A DNA stretch of 64,000 bases from Marispirochaeta sp. (GTDB lineage: Bacteria > Spirochaetota > Spirochaetia > JC444 > Marispirochaetaceae), in NCBI GenBank assembly GCA_963676835.2, contig CAXXFF010000003.1, forward strand, positions 224,001-288,000, read 5' to 3'. This document shows positions 17,958 through 28,133 of the stretch, in pieces; position 1 is the stretch's first letter; each line of letters begins with the position of its first letter. The position numbers were made by a program, and so were the translations under genes. The notes beneath the pieces are model-generated. The model saw only the letters and a program-made list of their open reading frames with translations, was not told where the DNA came from and made no database searches.

Positions 17958-19154
17958 ATGCGCAGTCAACTGTCCTTTCTGTTTTTATTATTCTTTGTTT
18001 GTCTGCTTTCTGCCGCCAATATAATGGCTGAAGAAAAACTCACTCCCGAGTACGTCGAAATATATGCCAACGCAGCCCCCGGCCGATACGGACAGACCGC
18101 TGACCGCAGGGAAATCATTAAAACGAACCTTTTCGACTTTCTTGGATCTGAGACCCTCCAAGTTGACGAAACTGCGGAAACAGCCCTTCTAATATCAAAA
18201 GAAACAGTAAAGCTTCTCGAAACCATTGCCGCCATGCCGTCGAAATCAAATGAAAATCTGTACAATGAAAACCATCTATATGTTGAAAAACTCGATACAG
18301 ATGTTTACAGAATCTCCTACGGGAAAATCGGTTTTTCTGGAACATTCCGTTTCCAGCGACCATTACCTGCTCTTATCAGCCAGATTAAAACATTTTACCG
18401 TAATACCTATTGGCAGGAAGAGGTGGAATCCGCATACAGGGAAAACTACGTGATTACCGTAATTGAGGCGGAAGATATCACCCGGCCCTATGGCAGGGTG
18501 GATTTTATAGACGCAATGATAACAGCGACCCTTATGGCAGCCAAGGATCAGCCCCTCTGGGGCATGCACAATGGAGCAGGCCTTCTGGATGGCCTCGGGT
18601 ATATGCTTGTAGAACAGACAAACCGCATGGATCAGGTTTCAAGCAGCTACCGGAACTACGATACCAACAACCGTTCCATGGAGGAGATGGTTCTGCGGCT
18701 GCGCCAAAACCGGAATAACCTGGCAGAAGACATCCACACATCTGTCAACAGTATAGTGCAGTATGAAGAGGATGAACGTTTTCTGCTGCCTGAAGAACTG
18801 CTCAGCATTGGAGAGGGCGATGAGATAGAATTCGCCCTTACCTACTATGACCTTGCAGTCCGGTCGGGCTGCGATGCTAAACTGCTGGCATTGAGCAATG
18901 ACACAGATCAGGCTGGCCTCGAAAACTGCAGCAACTGCTCTTTTATTACGGTCTTCCAGACAGAGAAATTCGGTCAGTGGGGTTATATCCGCCACCGTGA
19001 TTTCAGCCCCCCCTTTACAGATCACTGGGAAGATATTCCCGCCCTTATTTTACGGGATAACACCTTCTATTTTGAACTTGATCCTGCAGTAATCATGCAT
19101 AAACGCGCGATAAACCTGTCCATATTGCCTGCCTGGGCCATTTCAATCTATTGA
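17958..19154 (+). CDS. Exported hypothetical protein with degenerate transglutaminase-like C-terminal region
   Basis: Signal peptide; PEELLSIGEGDEIEFALTYY. Confidence 0.6.
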   Translation: MRSQLSFLFLLFFVCLLSAANIMAEEKLTPEYVEIYANAAPGRYGQTADRREIIKTNLFDFLGSETLQVDETAETALLISKETVKLLETIAAMPSKSNENLYNENHLYVEKLDTDVYRISYGKIGFSGTFRFQRPLPALISQIKTFYRNTYWQEEVESAYRENYVITVIEAEDITRPYGRVDFIDAMITATLMAAKDQPLWGMHNGAGLLDGLGYMLVEQTNRMDQVSSSYRNYDTNNRSMEEMVLRLRQNRNNLAEDIHTSVNSIVQYEEDERFLLPEELLSIGEGDEIEFALTYYDLAVRSGCDAKLLALSNDTDQAGLENCSNCSFITVFQTEKFGQWGYIRHRDFSPPFTDHWEDIPALILRDNTFYFELDPAVIMHKRAINLSILPAWAISIY

Positions 19155-19170
19155 TCATCCTGGAGAATCC

Positions 19171-19668
19171 GTGAAAATCGTCCTTTTCGAACCGGAAATA
19201 CCACAGAATACCGGTAATATTTCAAGAACCTGTGCTGCCCTGGGAGCTGAACTACACCTGATAGAACCACTCGGATTTTCGCTTGAAGAGAAAATGGTCC
19301 GCCGGGCAGGTCTCGATTACTGGCACCTGGTTACAGTAGTAACCCACCCGGATATTGACTCCTTTTTTTTGAAGTATCCGGATATTCCCAAATTTTATGC
19401 CACTACTAAGGGTAAAAATATCTATACCGAGGTTAACTATCCTGAAGAATGTGCCATTATATTCGGAAAAGAGAGTAAAGGCCTTCCGGAACAGCTGCTT
19501 AAAGATAACCCTGATACCGCTGTAAGGATTCCGATTATCCGGGAAGCACGCTCCCTGAATCTGGCCAATACGGTGGCAATCATTGCATTTGAAGTCCTGA
19601 GACAAAACGGGTTTCCGGGGATGAAAACTAAAGGATCTCCCGTAAGCTTCGACTGGAATGAACTGTAG
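19171..19668 (+). CDS. trmL: tRNA (cytidine/uridine-34 2'-O)-methyltransferase
   Basis: EPEIPQNTGNI, RRAGLDYW, FGKESKGLP, RSLNLAN. Confidence 0.95.
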   Translation: MKIVLFEPEIPQNTGNISRTCAALGAELHLIEPLGFSLEEKMVRRAGLDYWHLVTVVTHPDIDSFFLKYPDIPKFYATTKGKNIYTEVNYPEECAIIFGKESKGLPEQLLKDNPDTAVRIPIIREARSLNLANTVAIIAFEVLRQNGFPGMKTKGSPVSFDWNEL

Positions 19669-19731
19669 AAAAGATCCCGCGAGTAGACTATTTTCAAGTC
19701 ATCATGGTAGGTTATCATCCGGAGGAAAGGC

Positions 19732-20523
19732 GTGATTAGTTCAGTTGGTTTTATTGGATACGGAAATATGGGCTCGGCATTGTGCAGCGGTATTTTGAGC
19801 AGCAACCCCGATGCAGCAATATTCATTCAGGAGCCGGATGAGTCAAAGGCTGCAGCCGCAGCTTCAGCTACAGGCGGGACCGTGAACCTGAGTCCTGAAG
19901 AGTTCTGTAATAAAAGTGATATTATCGTCATCGCGGTAAAACCACAGTTGCTGGATAAAGTGCTGGACAGCTACGCACCTTTCTGCAAAGACAAGAAAAT
20001 TATTTCCATCGCGGCAGGAACTACAATCAGCTTCTTCACCAAAAAGCTTGGAACATCTGAGGTCGTACGCTTTATGCCGAATATAGCAGCACGAGTCGGC
20101 AAAGCTCTGACCGGAGTAAGTGCAGCAGAGGGTGCCGGAGATGAGTTTAAACAGCAGGCTATGGCCATTGCCAAATCCGCAGGAAATGCTGTTGAACTGC
20201 CGGAGTCATCCATGGCTGCCTTTACCGGCCTTTCCGGGTCCGGTATAGCCTATGTTTTTTCTTTTATTCACGCCCTTGCGCTGGGTGGAACAAAGGAAGG
20301 CATCCCCTACGAGACTTCACTCAATATTGCCCTTGGTACCATTGAAGGCGCAGTGGGACTCAGCAGGGAAAATGGGGAAAATCCCATCAGCCTGATGAGT
20401 AAAGTAATAAGCCCCGGCGGAACAACAATTCAGGGAATTGATGCCCTTGAAGAGGGAAGATTTACCGCTTCTGTAATTGATGCGGTTGAACGGGCAAGTA
20501 AACGGGCCCGGGAACTGGAATAA
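19732..20523 (+). CDS. proC: Pyrroline-5-carboxylate reductase
   Basis: GFIGYGNMG, AVKPQ, RFMPN, TGLSGSG, SPGGTT. Confidence 0.95.
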   Translation: MISSVGFIGYGNMGSALCSGILSSNPDAAIFIQEPDESKAAAAASATGGTVNLSPEEFCNKSDIIVIAVKPQLLDKVLDSYAPFCKDKKIISIAAGTTISFFTKKLGTSEVVRFMPNIAARVGKALTGVSAAEGAGDEFKQQAMAIAKSAGNAVELPESSMAAFTGLSGSGIAYVFSFIHALALGGTKEGIPYETSLNIALGTIEGAVGLSRENGENPISLMSKVISPGGTTIQGIDALEEGRFTASVIDAVERASKRARELE

Positions 20524-20548
20524 GTAACTTTATTGTAAGGTAGAATAT

Positions 20549-21823
20549 ATGCTTGATCTGAAATTTATACGCGACAACGCAGACGCTGTTAGAAAAAATA
20601 TCGCTGACCGGTTTATGGAAGCTGATGTAGATGCGGTTATTAGGCTTTTTGAAGAAAGAAACTCCCTTATCCTTAAAACAGATGAACTGCGGCGACAACG
20701 AAATGAAAATGCCGGGAAAATGAAAGGCAAGATGCCGCCGGAAGAACGGGAGCCTCTGGTAGCCGAAGGAAAAAAGCTCAAGGAAGAGATCGCTGAGGTT
20801 GAATCCCGCCTTAATCAGGTGACCGAAGAACTCAACAGTGAAGCTTCCCGTATCCCCAACATGGCTCACCCCGATGCTCCGGTGGGAAAAGAAGATAAGG
20901 ATAACCTCGAGATCAGCCGCTTCGGGGGTCCGACAAGCTTTTCCTTTACCCCGAAAGACCATGTACAGATTGCAGCAGACCTCGATCTGGTCGATTTTGA
21001 TACTGCAGCCAGAGTCTCGGGACCAAAATTCTACTATCTGAAAAATGAAGCGGTTTATCTCGAACTTGCCCTTACCCGCTATGCCCTGGATATTCTGCGC
21101 TCAAAAGGGTTTATCCCGACAATAACCCCGGACATTGCAAAAGAAGAGGTTCTTGAAGGAATTGGCTTTAACCCCCGTGGCGATGAAAGCAATATCTACG
21201 CCCTTGAAAATACCGGGACCTGCCTTGTTGGTACTGCAGAAATAACCCTTGGTGGATACTACAGCGGCAACATTCTTGATTCCGCCGAACTTCCCATTAA
21301 AATGGCAGGCTTAAGTCACTGTTTCCGCCGTGAAGCAGGAGCGGCCGGCCAATATTCAAAAGGCCTTTACCGGGTACACCAGTTTTCCAAGGTTGAAATG
21401 TTTGTCTACTGTCGGCCTGAAGATTCGGACTCCATTCATCAGGAACTCCTCACGGTGGAAGAGGAAATCTTTTCCGGCCTTGATATTCCTTATCGTGTAG
21501 TCGACACCTGTACAGGCGATCTCGGCGGTCCTGCATACAGAAAATATGACCTGGAAGCCTGGATGCCGGGCAGAGGGGAAAATGGCGACTGGGGTGAAGT
21601 AACCAGTACATCTAACTGTACCGATTATCAGGCAAGACGCCTTGGGGTACGTTTTAAGGAAGACGGCAAAAACCAGTATGTTCATATGCTCAATGGAACT
21701 GCGGTTGCGGTCTCCCGGGCCATTATTGCCATTCTGGAAAACTTCCAGCAGGAGGATGGTTCAATTAAAATACCTGCAGCCCTGGTTCCTTACACGGGAT
21801 TTGACACAATAGGACCTAAATAA
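20549..21823 (+). CDS. serS: Serine--tRNA ligase
   Basis: [37 protein letters not shown]. Confidence 0.97.
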   Translation: MLDLKFIRDNADAVRKNIADRFMEADVDAVIRLFEERNSLILKTDELRRQRNENAGKMKGKMPPEEREPLVAEGKKLKEEIAEVESRLNQVTEELNSEASRIPNMAHPDAPVGKEDKDNLEISRFGGPTSFSFTPKDHVQIAADLDLVDFDTAARVSGPKFYYLKNEAVYLELALTRYALDILRSKGFIPTITPDIAKEEVLEGIGFNPRGDESNIYALENTGTCLVGTAEITLGGYYSGNILDSAELPIKMAGLSHCFRREAGAAGQYSKGLYRVHQFSKVEMFVYCRPEDSDSIHQELLTVEEEIFSGLDIPYRVVDTCTGDLGGPAYRKYDLEAWMPGRGENGDWGEVTSTSNCTDYQARRLGVRFKEDGKNQYVHMLNGTAVAVSRAIIAILENFQQEDGSIKIPAALVPYTGFDTIGPK

Positions 21824-21833
21824 CAGGAAACAT

Positions 21834-21867
21834 AAAAACGGCCGCACTGATTGCGGCCGTTTTTTTT
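21834..21867. terminator. Bidirectional intrinsic terminator between convergent genes
   Basis: AAAAACGGCCGCA-ctgat-TGCGGCCGTTTTTTTT. Confidence 0.85.
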
Positions 21868-21868
21868 A

Positions 21869-22081
21869 TTATTTGCACATCTGCTGCAGAGTATCCCGCA
21901 GGATCTGCTGGTGATCGTTAAAAGAGTACGATTTTGCTTTTGCCATCTTCTCCCTTACCCTCTTCTCTAACTCTTCTGCCGCCGGCATAGATAGAGTTTT
22001 ATCAAGAATTGTCAAATAATTGATGTCCCTCTGTGCGTTTGGAATAGCCTTTTTGGTAAAATCACATACGATGGTAGTCAT
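21869..22081 (-). CDS. Small hypothetical protein (70 aa)
   Basis: GGAGG RBS 7 nt before ATG; ends at the terminator; fills the intergenic gap. Confidence 0.7.
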   Translation of the reverse strand: MTTIVCDFTKKAIPNAQRDINYLTILDKTLSMPAAEELEKRVREKMAKAKSYSFNDHQQILRDTLQQMCK

Positions 22082-22244
22082 TTTTTATCCTCCACTGTTA
22101 ACAGTAATTTTTAATACTCGAATCATATACTAACGTAAAGTCTATCTCAAAGTCGAGAACTTTCCAGCCCGCGCAAAAACAATCATGTTGCTTCATAGTT
22201 CCATCACGGGTAAGCTGTAGGAAGACAAATTACAGGAGGCCGCC

Positions 22245-22862
22245 ATGCACAAAGCACTGCTCATTATAGATGTTCAGCAGGATTTCTGCCCCGGAGGCTC
22301 ATTGGCAGTAAACGAAGGCGATAAGGTAATCAGCGGTTTGAATCGGATAATGACCGCTTTCCCTGTCAGGGTAGCAACCAGAGACTGGCATCCCGCAAAC
22401 CATGTATCCTTCGCAGAGAATCATTCCGGCAAAGCAGTTTATGATATGGTGGAAATAGATACCATACAACAGGTTCTCTGGCCCGTTCACTGTGCGGCAG
22501 GAACCACGGGGGCGGACTTTCACCCTGATCTTGATAACACCAGGTTGAATCTTGTGCTTAATAAAGGAACGTCTCCCCGGCTCGATTCATATTCGGCCTT
22601 TTTTGAAAATGATCACAAAACCTCAACCGGCCTGGATGGTTATTTTAAAGGGTTGGGAATTAATACCCTGGTTATCGGCGGACTTGCAACGGATTACTGC
22701 GTATTTTACACCGTCATGGATGCCCTGAAACTAAGATATCAAGTATATCTCCTGGAAGACTGTATCCGCGGAGTGGATGTACCGAAAAATAATGTACAAA
22801 CCCGGATGGAGGAAATGAAACGTGCCGGGGCAATTATTACAACATCCCGGGACTTTACATGA
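22245..22862 (+). CDS. pncA: Nicotinamidase/pyrazinamidase
   Basis: IDVQQDFCPGGSL, DWHP, WPVHC, GLATDYCV. Confidence 0.95.
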   Translation: MHKALLIIDVQQDFCPGGSLAVNEGDKVISGLNRIMTAFPVRVATRDWHPANHVSFAENHSGKAVYDMVEIDTIQQVLWPVHCAAGTTGADFHPDLDNTRLNLVLNKGTSPRLDSYSAFFENDHKTSTGLDGYFKGLGINTLVIGGLATDYCVFYTVMDALKLRYQVYLLEDCIRGVDVPKNNVQTRMEEMKRAGAIITTSRDFT

Positions 22863-24283
22863 GAATCTCTCCCCTTTTTACCGATTTTTATGAACTCACC
22901 ATGGCCCAGGGATATTTTCTCAACCAGCATAACCCGGACGTTGTTTTCGATATGTTTTACCGTCGTCATCCATTTAACGGCGGTTTTGAAATTTTCTGCG
23001 GCCTTGAAAATCTTCTTACCGCCCTTTCCGAACTGCAATTTTCCACTGACGACATAGAGTATCTTGAAAATCTCCAGGTATTCGAAAAAAGTTTTCTCAA
23101 TTATCTGAAGGATTTCCGTTTCAGCGGTACGGTATATGCATTTGATGAAGCCAGTGTAATTTTTCCCGGCGAGCCGTTAATCAGAGTTCATGCCCCTCTG
23201 ATTGAAGCTCAACTGATAGAATCCCTGGTGCTTAACATAATCAATTTTCAAACCCTTATTGCCACAAAATCCGCCAGACTTTTACATGCTACCCGTTATG
23301 GTCGTATACTTGAGTTCGGCATGCGCCGTGCTCAGGGATATGATGGTGCCCTGCATGCATCTAGGGCTGCTTTTATCGGAGGGGCGGCGGGAACATCCAA
23401 CACTCTGGCAGGGAAAGAGTTCGGAATTCCTGTTATGGGGACCATGGCGCACTCATGGGTAATGTCCCATGACACGGAACTTGAAGCCTTTAAAAAATAT
23501 GCCGAATTATATCCCGAAGCCTCAATTCTCCTTATAGATACCTACAATACCCTGGACCAGGGAATCCATAATGCGGTAAAAGCAGGACTGGAACTTAAGT
23601 CAGTTGGCAGGAAAATCGGGGTTAGGCTGGATTCCGGCGACCTTTCTTACTTGAGCAAACAGGTCCGCCGGATACTTGACGAGGCAGGTCTTGAGGATGC
23701 AGGCATAGCAGTGTCTGGAGATCTTAATGAGGAAATAGCCGCCCAGCTTATAGCCGAAGGAGCACCCATAGACACCTGGGGAGTGGGAACCCAGCTTGCA
23801 ACCGGATCACCGGATGCAGCCCTGACTGGAGTATACAAGCTGGCAGCTTTGAAAACCACTGACGGACTCAAACCTGCGATGAAGGTTTCCAATAATCCCG
23901 ACAAAATGACCAATCCCGGCATTAAACAGGTATATAGATTCTACGACAGCAGAGGAACTGCCTTACAGGATCTGATATGCTTTGACGGGGAACCACAGCC
24001 GTCAGGTGAAGATATCACTGTGTTTCATCCTACAATGCAGTATAAGCATACCCGGCTTACCAGATATGCTTCAGCGATCCCTCAACTTAAAATTGTCATG
24101 CAGAATGGAAATCCGGTGCAGGCTTTTCCATCAATCAATGAACTTCAGGAAAAGGTTATATTCCAACTAAAAAGCATGGATGAATCGTATCTGCGGCTTA
24201 TAAACCCGCATGAATATAAAATATCAATTTCAGAATCTCTTAAAGATCTCAAATTCCGGATGATAGATGAGTACAGCAGCTGA
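22859..24283 (+). CDS. pncB: Nicotinate phosphoribosyltransferase
   Basis: TDFYELTM, EFGMRRAQG, GTMAHSW, LIDTY, RLDSGDL. Confidence 0.95.
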   Translation: MRISPLFTDFYELTMAQGYFLNQHNPDVVFDMFYRRHPFNGGFEIFCGLENLLTALSELQFSTDDIEYLENLQVFEKSFLNYLKDFRFSGTVYAFDEASVIFPGEPLIRVHAPLIEAQLIESLVLNIINFQTLIATKSARLLHATRYGRILEFGMRRAQGYDGALHASRAAFIGGAAGTSNTLAGKEFGIPVMGTMAHSWVMSHDTELEAFKKYAELYPEASILLIDTYNTLDQGIHNAVKAGLELKSVGRKIGVRLDSGDLSYLSKQVRRILDEAGLEDAGIAVSGDLNEEIAAQLIAEGAPIDTWGVGTQLATGSPDAALTGVYKLAALKTTDGLKPAMKVSNNPDKMTNPGIKQVYRFYDSRGTALQDLICFDGEPQPSGEDITVFHPTMQYKHTRLTRYASAIPQLKIVMQNGNPVQAFPSINELQEKVIFQLKSMDESYLRLINPHEYKISISESLKDLKFRMIDEYSS

Positions 24284-25352
24284 GAACAGTATTCCGGCCA
24301 TAATTGCCGAGATCGGGACCTCCCACGGGGGAGATATCAACAGGGCAATAGAAATGATCCATGCTGCTTCAGAATCCGGAGCCGACTGGATTAAGTTTCA
24401 GCATGTATATGCAGATGAGATAATCCATCCTGCAACAGGAATGGTAGAGCTCCCGGGCGGCCCCACCGCCCTGTATGATGTTTTCAAAAGCCTTGAGGTA
24501 GACATCAATTTTCTTCACCGACTTAAAGAGGAGACAGAAAAAACCGGAGCGCGTTTTCTCTGCAGTCCTTTCGGAGAGCAGAGTCTCGCTGATATCCGGA
24601 CACTGAACCCGGCAGCCCTTAAAATAGCCTCTCCGGAGCTGAATCATTTTCCTCTGTTGGAAAAGGTTAATAAAACAGCTTTGCCGGTGTTCCTGTCTAC
24701 CGGTGTGAGTAAAATGGAAGACATTATTGAGGCAGTTTTATACCTTAACAACGTAGATATTACACTTCTGCACTGTATAACCAGTTATCCTGCCCCTGAA
24801 GAGGAGTATAATCTGTCTGTTATTCAAACTCTCCGGAAACACTTTAATGTACCTGTGGGAGTGTCTGATCACAGCAGGGATCCCCTGCTTGTACCGCTGG
24901 TCTCTCTACTGTACGGTTCAAGCTGTCATGAAAAGCATCTTACCTTATCACGGAGTGACGGCGGACTGGACGACCCGGTGGCTCTTATTCCTGAAGAGTT
25001 CAGACACATGACAAGAGCTATACAGGATTTTTCAAAACTGAAGAAAGAAGAACAATATACAGCACTTTGCAGCCTTTTCGGCAGAAAACGAGTCGATGCT
25101 GCAACAGGGTCTGGAATAAAAAAACTTGCACCTTCGGAAAAGGAAAACTACGGAAAAACCAACAGATCAATCCACAGCCTGAGAGATATCAAAAAAGGGG
25201 AAACGATTAATGCAGATAACTGCGCAGTTTTACGTACAGAAAAAGTGTTATCCCCGGGAATGAGTCCCCGGTACTGGCAGGAAATAGTCGGACGGCCTGC
25301 GGCACGGGATATCGTATCCGGCCAGGGGATAACCTGGCAGGATATTGAGTAA
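24267..25352 (+). CDS. NeuB/SpsE/PseI-family nonulosonate synthase with C-terminal SAF domain
   Basis: IIAEIGTSHGGD, KIASPE, LSTG, LHCITSYP, GVSDHS, EKHLTL. Confidence 0.9.
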   Translation: MSTAAENSIPAIIAEIGTSHGGDINRAIEMIHAASESGADWIKFQHVYADEIIHPATGMVELPGGPTALYDVFKSLEVDINFLHRLKEETEKTGARFLCSPFGEQSLADIRTLNPAALKIASPELNHFPLLEKVNKTALPVFLSTGVSKMEDIIEAVLYLNNVDITLLHCITSYPAPEEEYNLSVIQTLRKHFNVPVGVSDHSRDPLLVPLVSLLYGSSCHEKHLTLSRSDGGLDDPVALIPEEFRHMTRAIQDFSKLKKEEQYTALCSLFGRKRVDAATGSGIKKLAPSEKENYGKTNRSIHSLRDIKKGETINADNCAVLRTEKVLSPGMSPRYWQEIVGRPAARDIVSGQGITWQDIE

Positions 25353-25377
25353 CACAAGGAGACCTCTAAAAACAAAT

Positions 25378-25776
25378 CTATTCTTCAATAAGTCCAAGAT
25401 CTTTCATTTCGTTTATAAGCCGGACTCTTGATACCGGTTTTGTAACATAGCCCTCGCATTGTGACCTGAATGCAGACATTATGTTGGTCGTATCACTTAA
25501 TGCAGTGGTCATAATAATCTTTACGCCGTCACTCCCGGTAAGACCCTTTTCACCTTCAAGTTCCCTGATTTTTTTCAGCACCATCTGGCCGTCCATTTTA
25601 GGCAGCATTATATCGAGACAAATAAGATCAAAGGGTGCATCTGAACTCAATGCCTCGCTGAAAGCTTCAACCGCCTCTACACCGTCAACAACAACCTCGC
25701 ATGCGCCATATGGGCTGAGGAACTTCTGCATTAACTTACGTGACGCAAAATCATCCTCAACAATCAAAATCTTCAT
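25378..25776 (-). CDS. Single-domain response regulator
   Basis: ILIVEDD, LDIMLPKMDG, YVTKP. Confidence 0.9.
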   Translation of the reverse strand: MKILIVEDDFASRKLMQKFLSPYGACEVVVDGVEAVEAFSEALSSDAPFDLICLDIMLPKMDGQMVLKKIRELEGEKGLTGSDGVKIIMTTALSDTTNIMSAFRSQCEGYVTKPVSRVRLINEMKDLGLIEE

Positions 25777-26228
25777 CAGTTGCTCCTCTGAGTTTCAAGT
25801 CTAACAGCAATTGAAAACAATGCACCCTCAGCATCATACGAAAGGATTGAATAATTTTTCAAGTCCGGCATTTCCGAGTCATCAAACATCACCTGGGGAA
25901 AGCTGAGACTATAATTAGTGTTTTCACCGTAATAAAAGCTTAAGAATGTTCCGCCCAGAACATTTAACAACTCCAGTAGACAATCATCAATTTTTCCCGG
26001 CGGCAAAGAATCCCAGGAATCACCATGTATGTTTTCTACCACCTGCTGTTTACAGTCTGTTGTCATCAGGAGGAATATGGTACCCCTTTCAGGTTTTGTT
26101 ATTTCGAGAATCATAATCTGATGGTGCTCTACAAGCTCAGTACCGGTGGGAAGAGCATCTATAAAGGCCATTTCTCCGAATGTTTGCAGTACTGCTTCAT
26201 TCATACTGTTCTGAAGTTTCTCATTCAT
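25776..26228 (-). CDS. CheX/CheC-like phosphatase
   Basis: DCLLELLNVLGG (ExxN), LSFP; inside che cluster. Confidence 0.75.
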   Translation of the reverse strand: MNEKLQNSMNEAVLQTFGEMAFIDALPTGTELVEHHQIMILEITKPERGTIFLLMTTDCKQQVVENIHGDSWDSLPPGKIDDCLLELLNVLGGTFLSFYYGENTNYSLSFPQVMFDDSEMPDLKNYSILSYDAEGALFSIAVRLETQRSN

Positions 26229-26230
26229 TC

Positions 26231-26599
26231 CTAATCCTCCATAAACGACAGAATTTTTGCCGGCGAAATGGGCTTTTTAATAATTGCCCTGACTGAATAC
26301 TGACTCAACTCATCTTCCAGGGCATCATTACCCACACTGGAAATAATAACCACCGGAATCTTTTTCAGCTCATCCTGGAGACGTATTTTTTTTACCAGGG
26401 TAGTGCCGTCCATTTTAGGCATCTTTATGTCACTTACTATAAGGTCAAATTTCTGCTCTTTAAGAATTGATATGGCGGCAAGCCCGTCTTCAGCTTCGGT
26501 ATAGTTGAGATCTCCGTAGCCGGCAATCTGAAAGCATCTCATTATTATCATTCGTGAAGTAGCAGAATCATCAACAATCAGGATATTATTATAAGCCAT
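26231..26599 (-). CDS. cheY: CheY-like response regulator
   Basis: VDDSATSR, SDIKMPKMDG, IKKP. Confidence 0.85.
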   Translation of the reverse strand: MAYNNILIVDDSATSRMIIMRCFQIAGYGDLNYTEAEDGLAAISILKEQKFDLIVSDIKMPKMDGTTLVKKIRLQDELKKIPVVIISSVGNDALEDELSQYSVRAIIKKPISPAKILSFMED

Positions 26600-26611
26600 C
26601 TTAAAAACTCC

Positions 26612-27088
26612 CTATAAGGACCAGGTTTTCTGCGCGTTGTTCAAATCTATTTTTCCACTTTCAATATCAATAGAGACAGTCCTGCTGATATTGCCGCCGA
26701 CATCCTCGGCTATGGCACCAAGACCGGATTTCCATAATGCCCTTTTTACTGCAATAACGTTCCGCCGGCCGATATCAAAGGTTTTTTTCTCATCCATAAT
26801 AGAAGCCCCACCGGCAAGTTTTATCTGCGCACGCCTCTGGTTTCCACCGATGGCGGTAAATTTCTGCAATAGAACAGGAATGCCTGTATCAGCAAAATAG
26901 CCGGGCTTCTTTGCTGCTTTCTCCGCGTTTATCTTTGATTCAGGAAGCGCTATATGGATCATACCTGAGGCTTTTGATGCTTTGTCATATATCATTACTG
27001 CCACACATGATCCGAGCGCATAGGTTTTTATGGTGTCCCCGGGTGTCTTACCAACAAACATTTCGCCAATGCCAACATCGTGTCTCAT
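26612..27088 (-). CDS. cheD: Chemoreceptor glutamine deamidase
   Basis: LGSCVAV, GMIHIALP, KLAGGA, IGRRN, EDVGG. Confidence 0.93.
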   Translation of the reverse strand: MRHDVGIGEMFVGKTPGDTIKTYALGSCVAVMIYDKASKASGMIHIALPESKINAEKAAKKPGYFADTGIPVLLQKFTAIGGNQRRAQIKLAGGASIMDEKKTFDIGRRNVIAVKRALWKSGLGAIAEDVGGNISRTVSIDIESGKIDLNNAQKTWSL

Positions 27089-28131
27089 TTTTTCTTCCCC
27101 TGCAGATGTTTAAAAATAGCAGCAGGAACTTCCGCAAGCGGCGTGAGAGTATCCGCAGCACCCAGTTCAAATGCTTCTTTGGGCATTCCGAATACCACGG
27201 AAGAGGCCTTATCCTGCACTATTGTTTCTGCACCATTATCGCGCATCTCTTTCAGGCCTCTGGCGCCATCCCGCCCCATACCGGTTAAAAGAACGCCAAT
27301 GGCATTATTTCCGGCCTCTCCGGCAACAGATTCAAATAAAGCATCCACCGACGGACAATGGCCGTTAATATTAGGACCCTCTTTGCAGCTGACCGTATAT
27401 ATTCCCCCTGACCGTTTCAGACGCATATGTTTACCCCCCGGAGCAATAAGAACCTGACCGGTAATAACACGGTCACCATCTTTGGCTTCGGCAACTTCAA
27501 CCCGGGCAAGATCGTTCAGCCTTTCCGCAAACATGGCGGTAAATTTGGGCGGCATGTGCTGAACAATAAGCGTTCCGGGAGTATCCGGGGGAAACTCCTC
27601 TATAATCTGCCTTAAAGCCACTGTGCCTCCGGTGGAAGCCCCGATGGCAATAAGTTTATCTGTCCCTCCGCTCAGATGAGTACGCTTCTGTGATTTGATA
27701 TGCACAGGGTTGTTCCTGAAACGACTGACATCGACAAAAGCGGCAACCTTTACTTTATGTATCAGCTCACTGAACATTTCATCCAGGCGGTTTCCGAAAC
27801 TTGAAGAAGGTTTAAGCACAAAATCCACCGCTCCGAGTTCCAGTGCCTCCAGGGTAATGTGAGCTCCCGGAGCGGTCAGAGCAGATACCATAACCACCGG
27901 CAGAGGATACTGGGGCATTAATCTTCGCAGAAAATCCACCCCGTCCATTTTTGGCATCTCGACATCAAGAGTCAGAACATCCGGTTTTTTATATACAATC
28001 AGATCTCTTGCAACATAGACATCAGGTGCAGCACCGACAACCTCTATTTCCGGATCTCTGGAAAGTCCCTTTGTCAGGAAATCACGGGCAAGTGCCGAAT
28101 CATCAACAACAAGTACTTTTATTTTTGCCAT
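27085..28131 (-). CDS. cheB: Chemotaxis methylesterase (REC + esterase)
   Basis: GASTGG, VQHMP, HCPSVD, LTGMGRDGA. Confidence 0.95.
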   Translation of the reverse strand: MAKIKVLVVDDSALARDFLTKGLSRDPEIEVVGAAPDVYVARDLIVYKKPDVLTLDVEMPKMDGVDFLRRLMPQYPLPVVMVSALTAPGAHITLEALELGAVDFVLKPSSSFGNRLDEMFSELIHKVKVAAFVDVSRFRNNPVHIKSQKRTHLSGGTDKLIAIGASTGGTVALRQIIEEFPPDTPGTLIVQHMPPKFTAMFAERLNDLARVEVAEAKDGDRVITGQVLIAPGGKHMRLKRSGGIYTVSCKEGPNINGHCPSVDALFESVAGEAGNNAIGVLLTGMGRDGARGLKEMRDNGAETIVQDKASSVVFGMPKEAFELGAADTLTPLAEVPAAIFKHLQGKKK

Positions 28132-28133
28132 GG

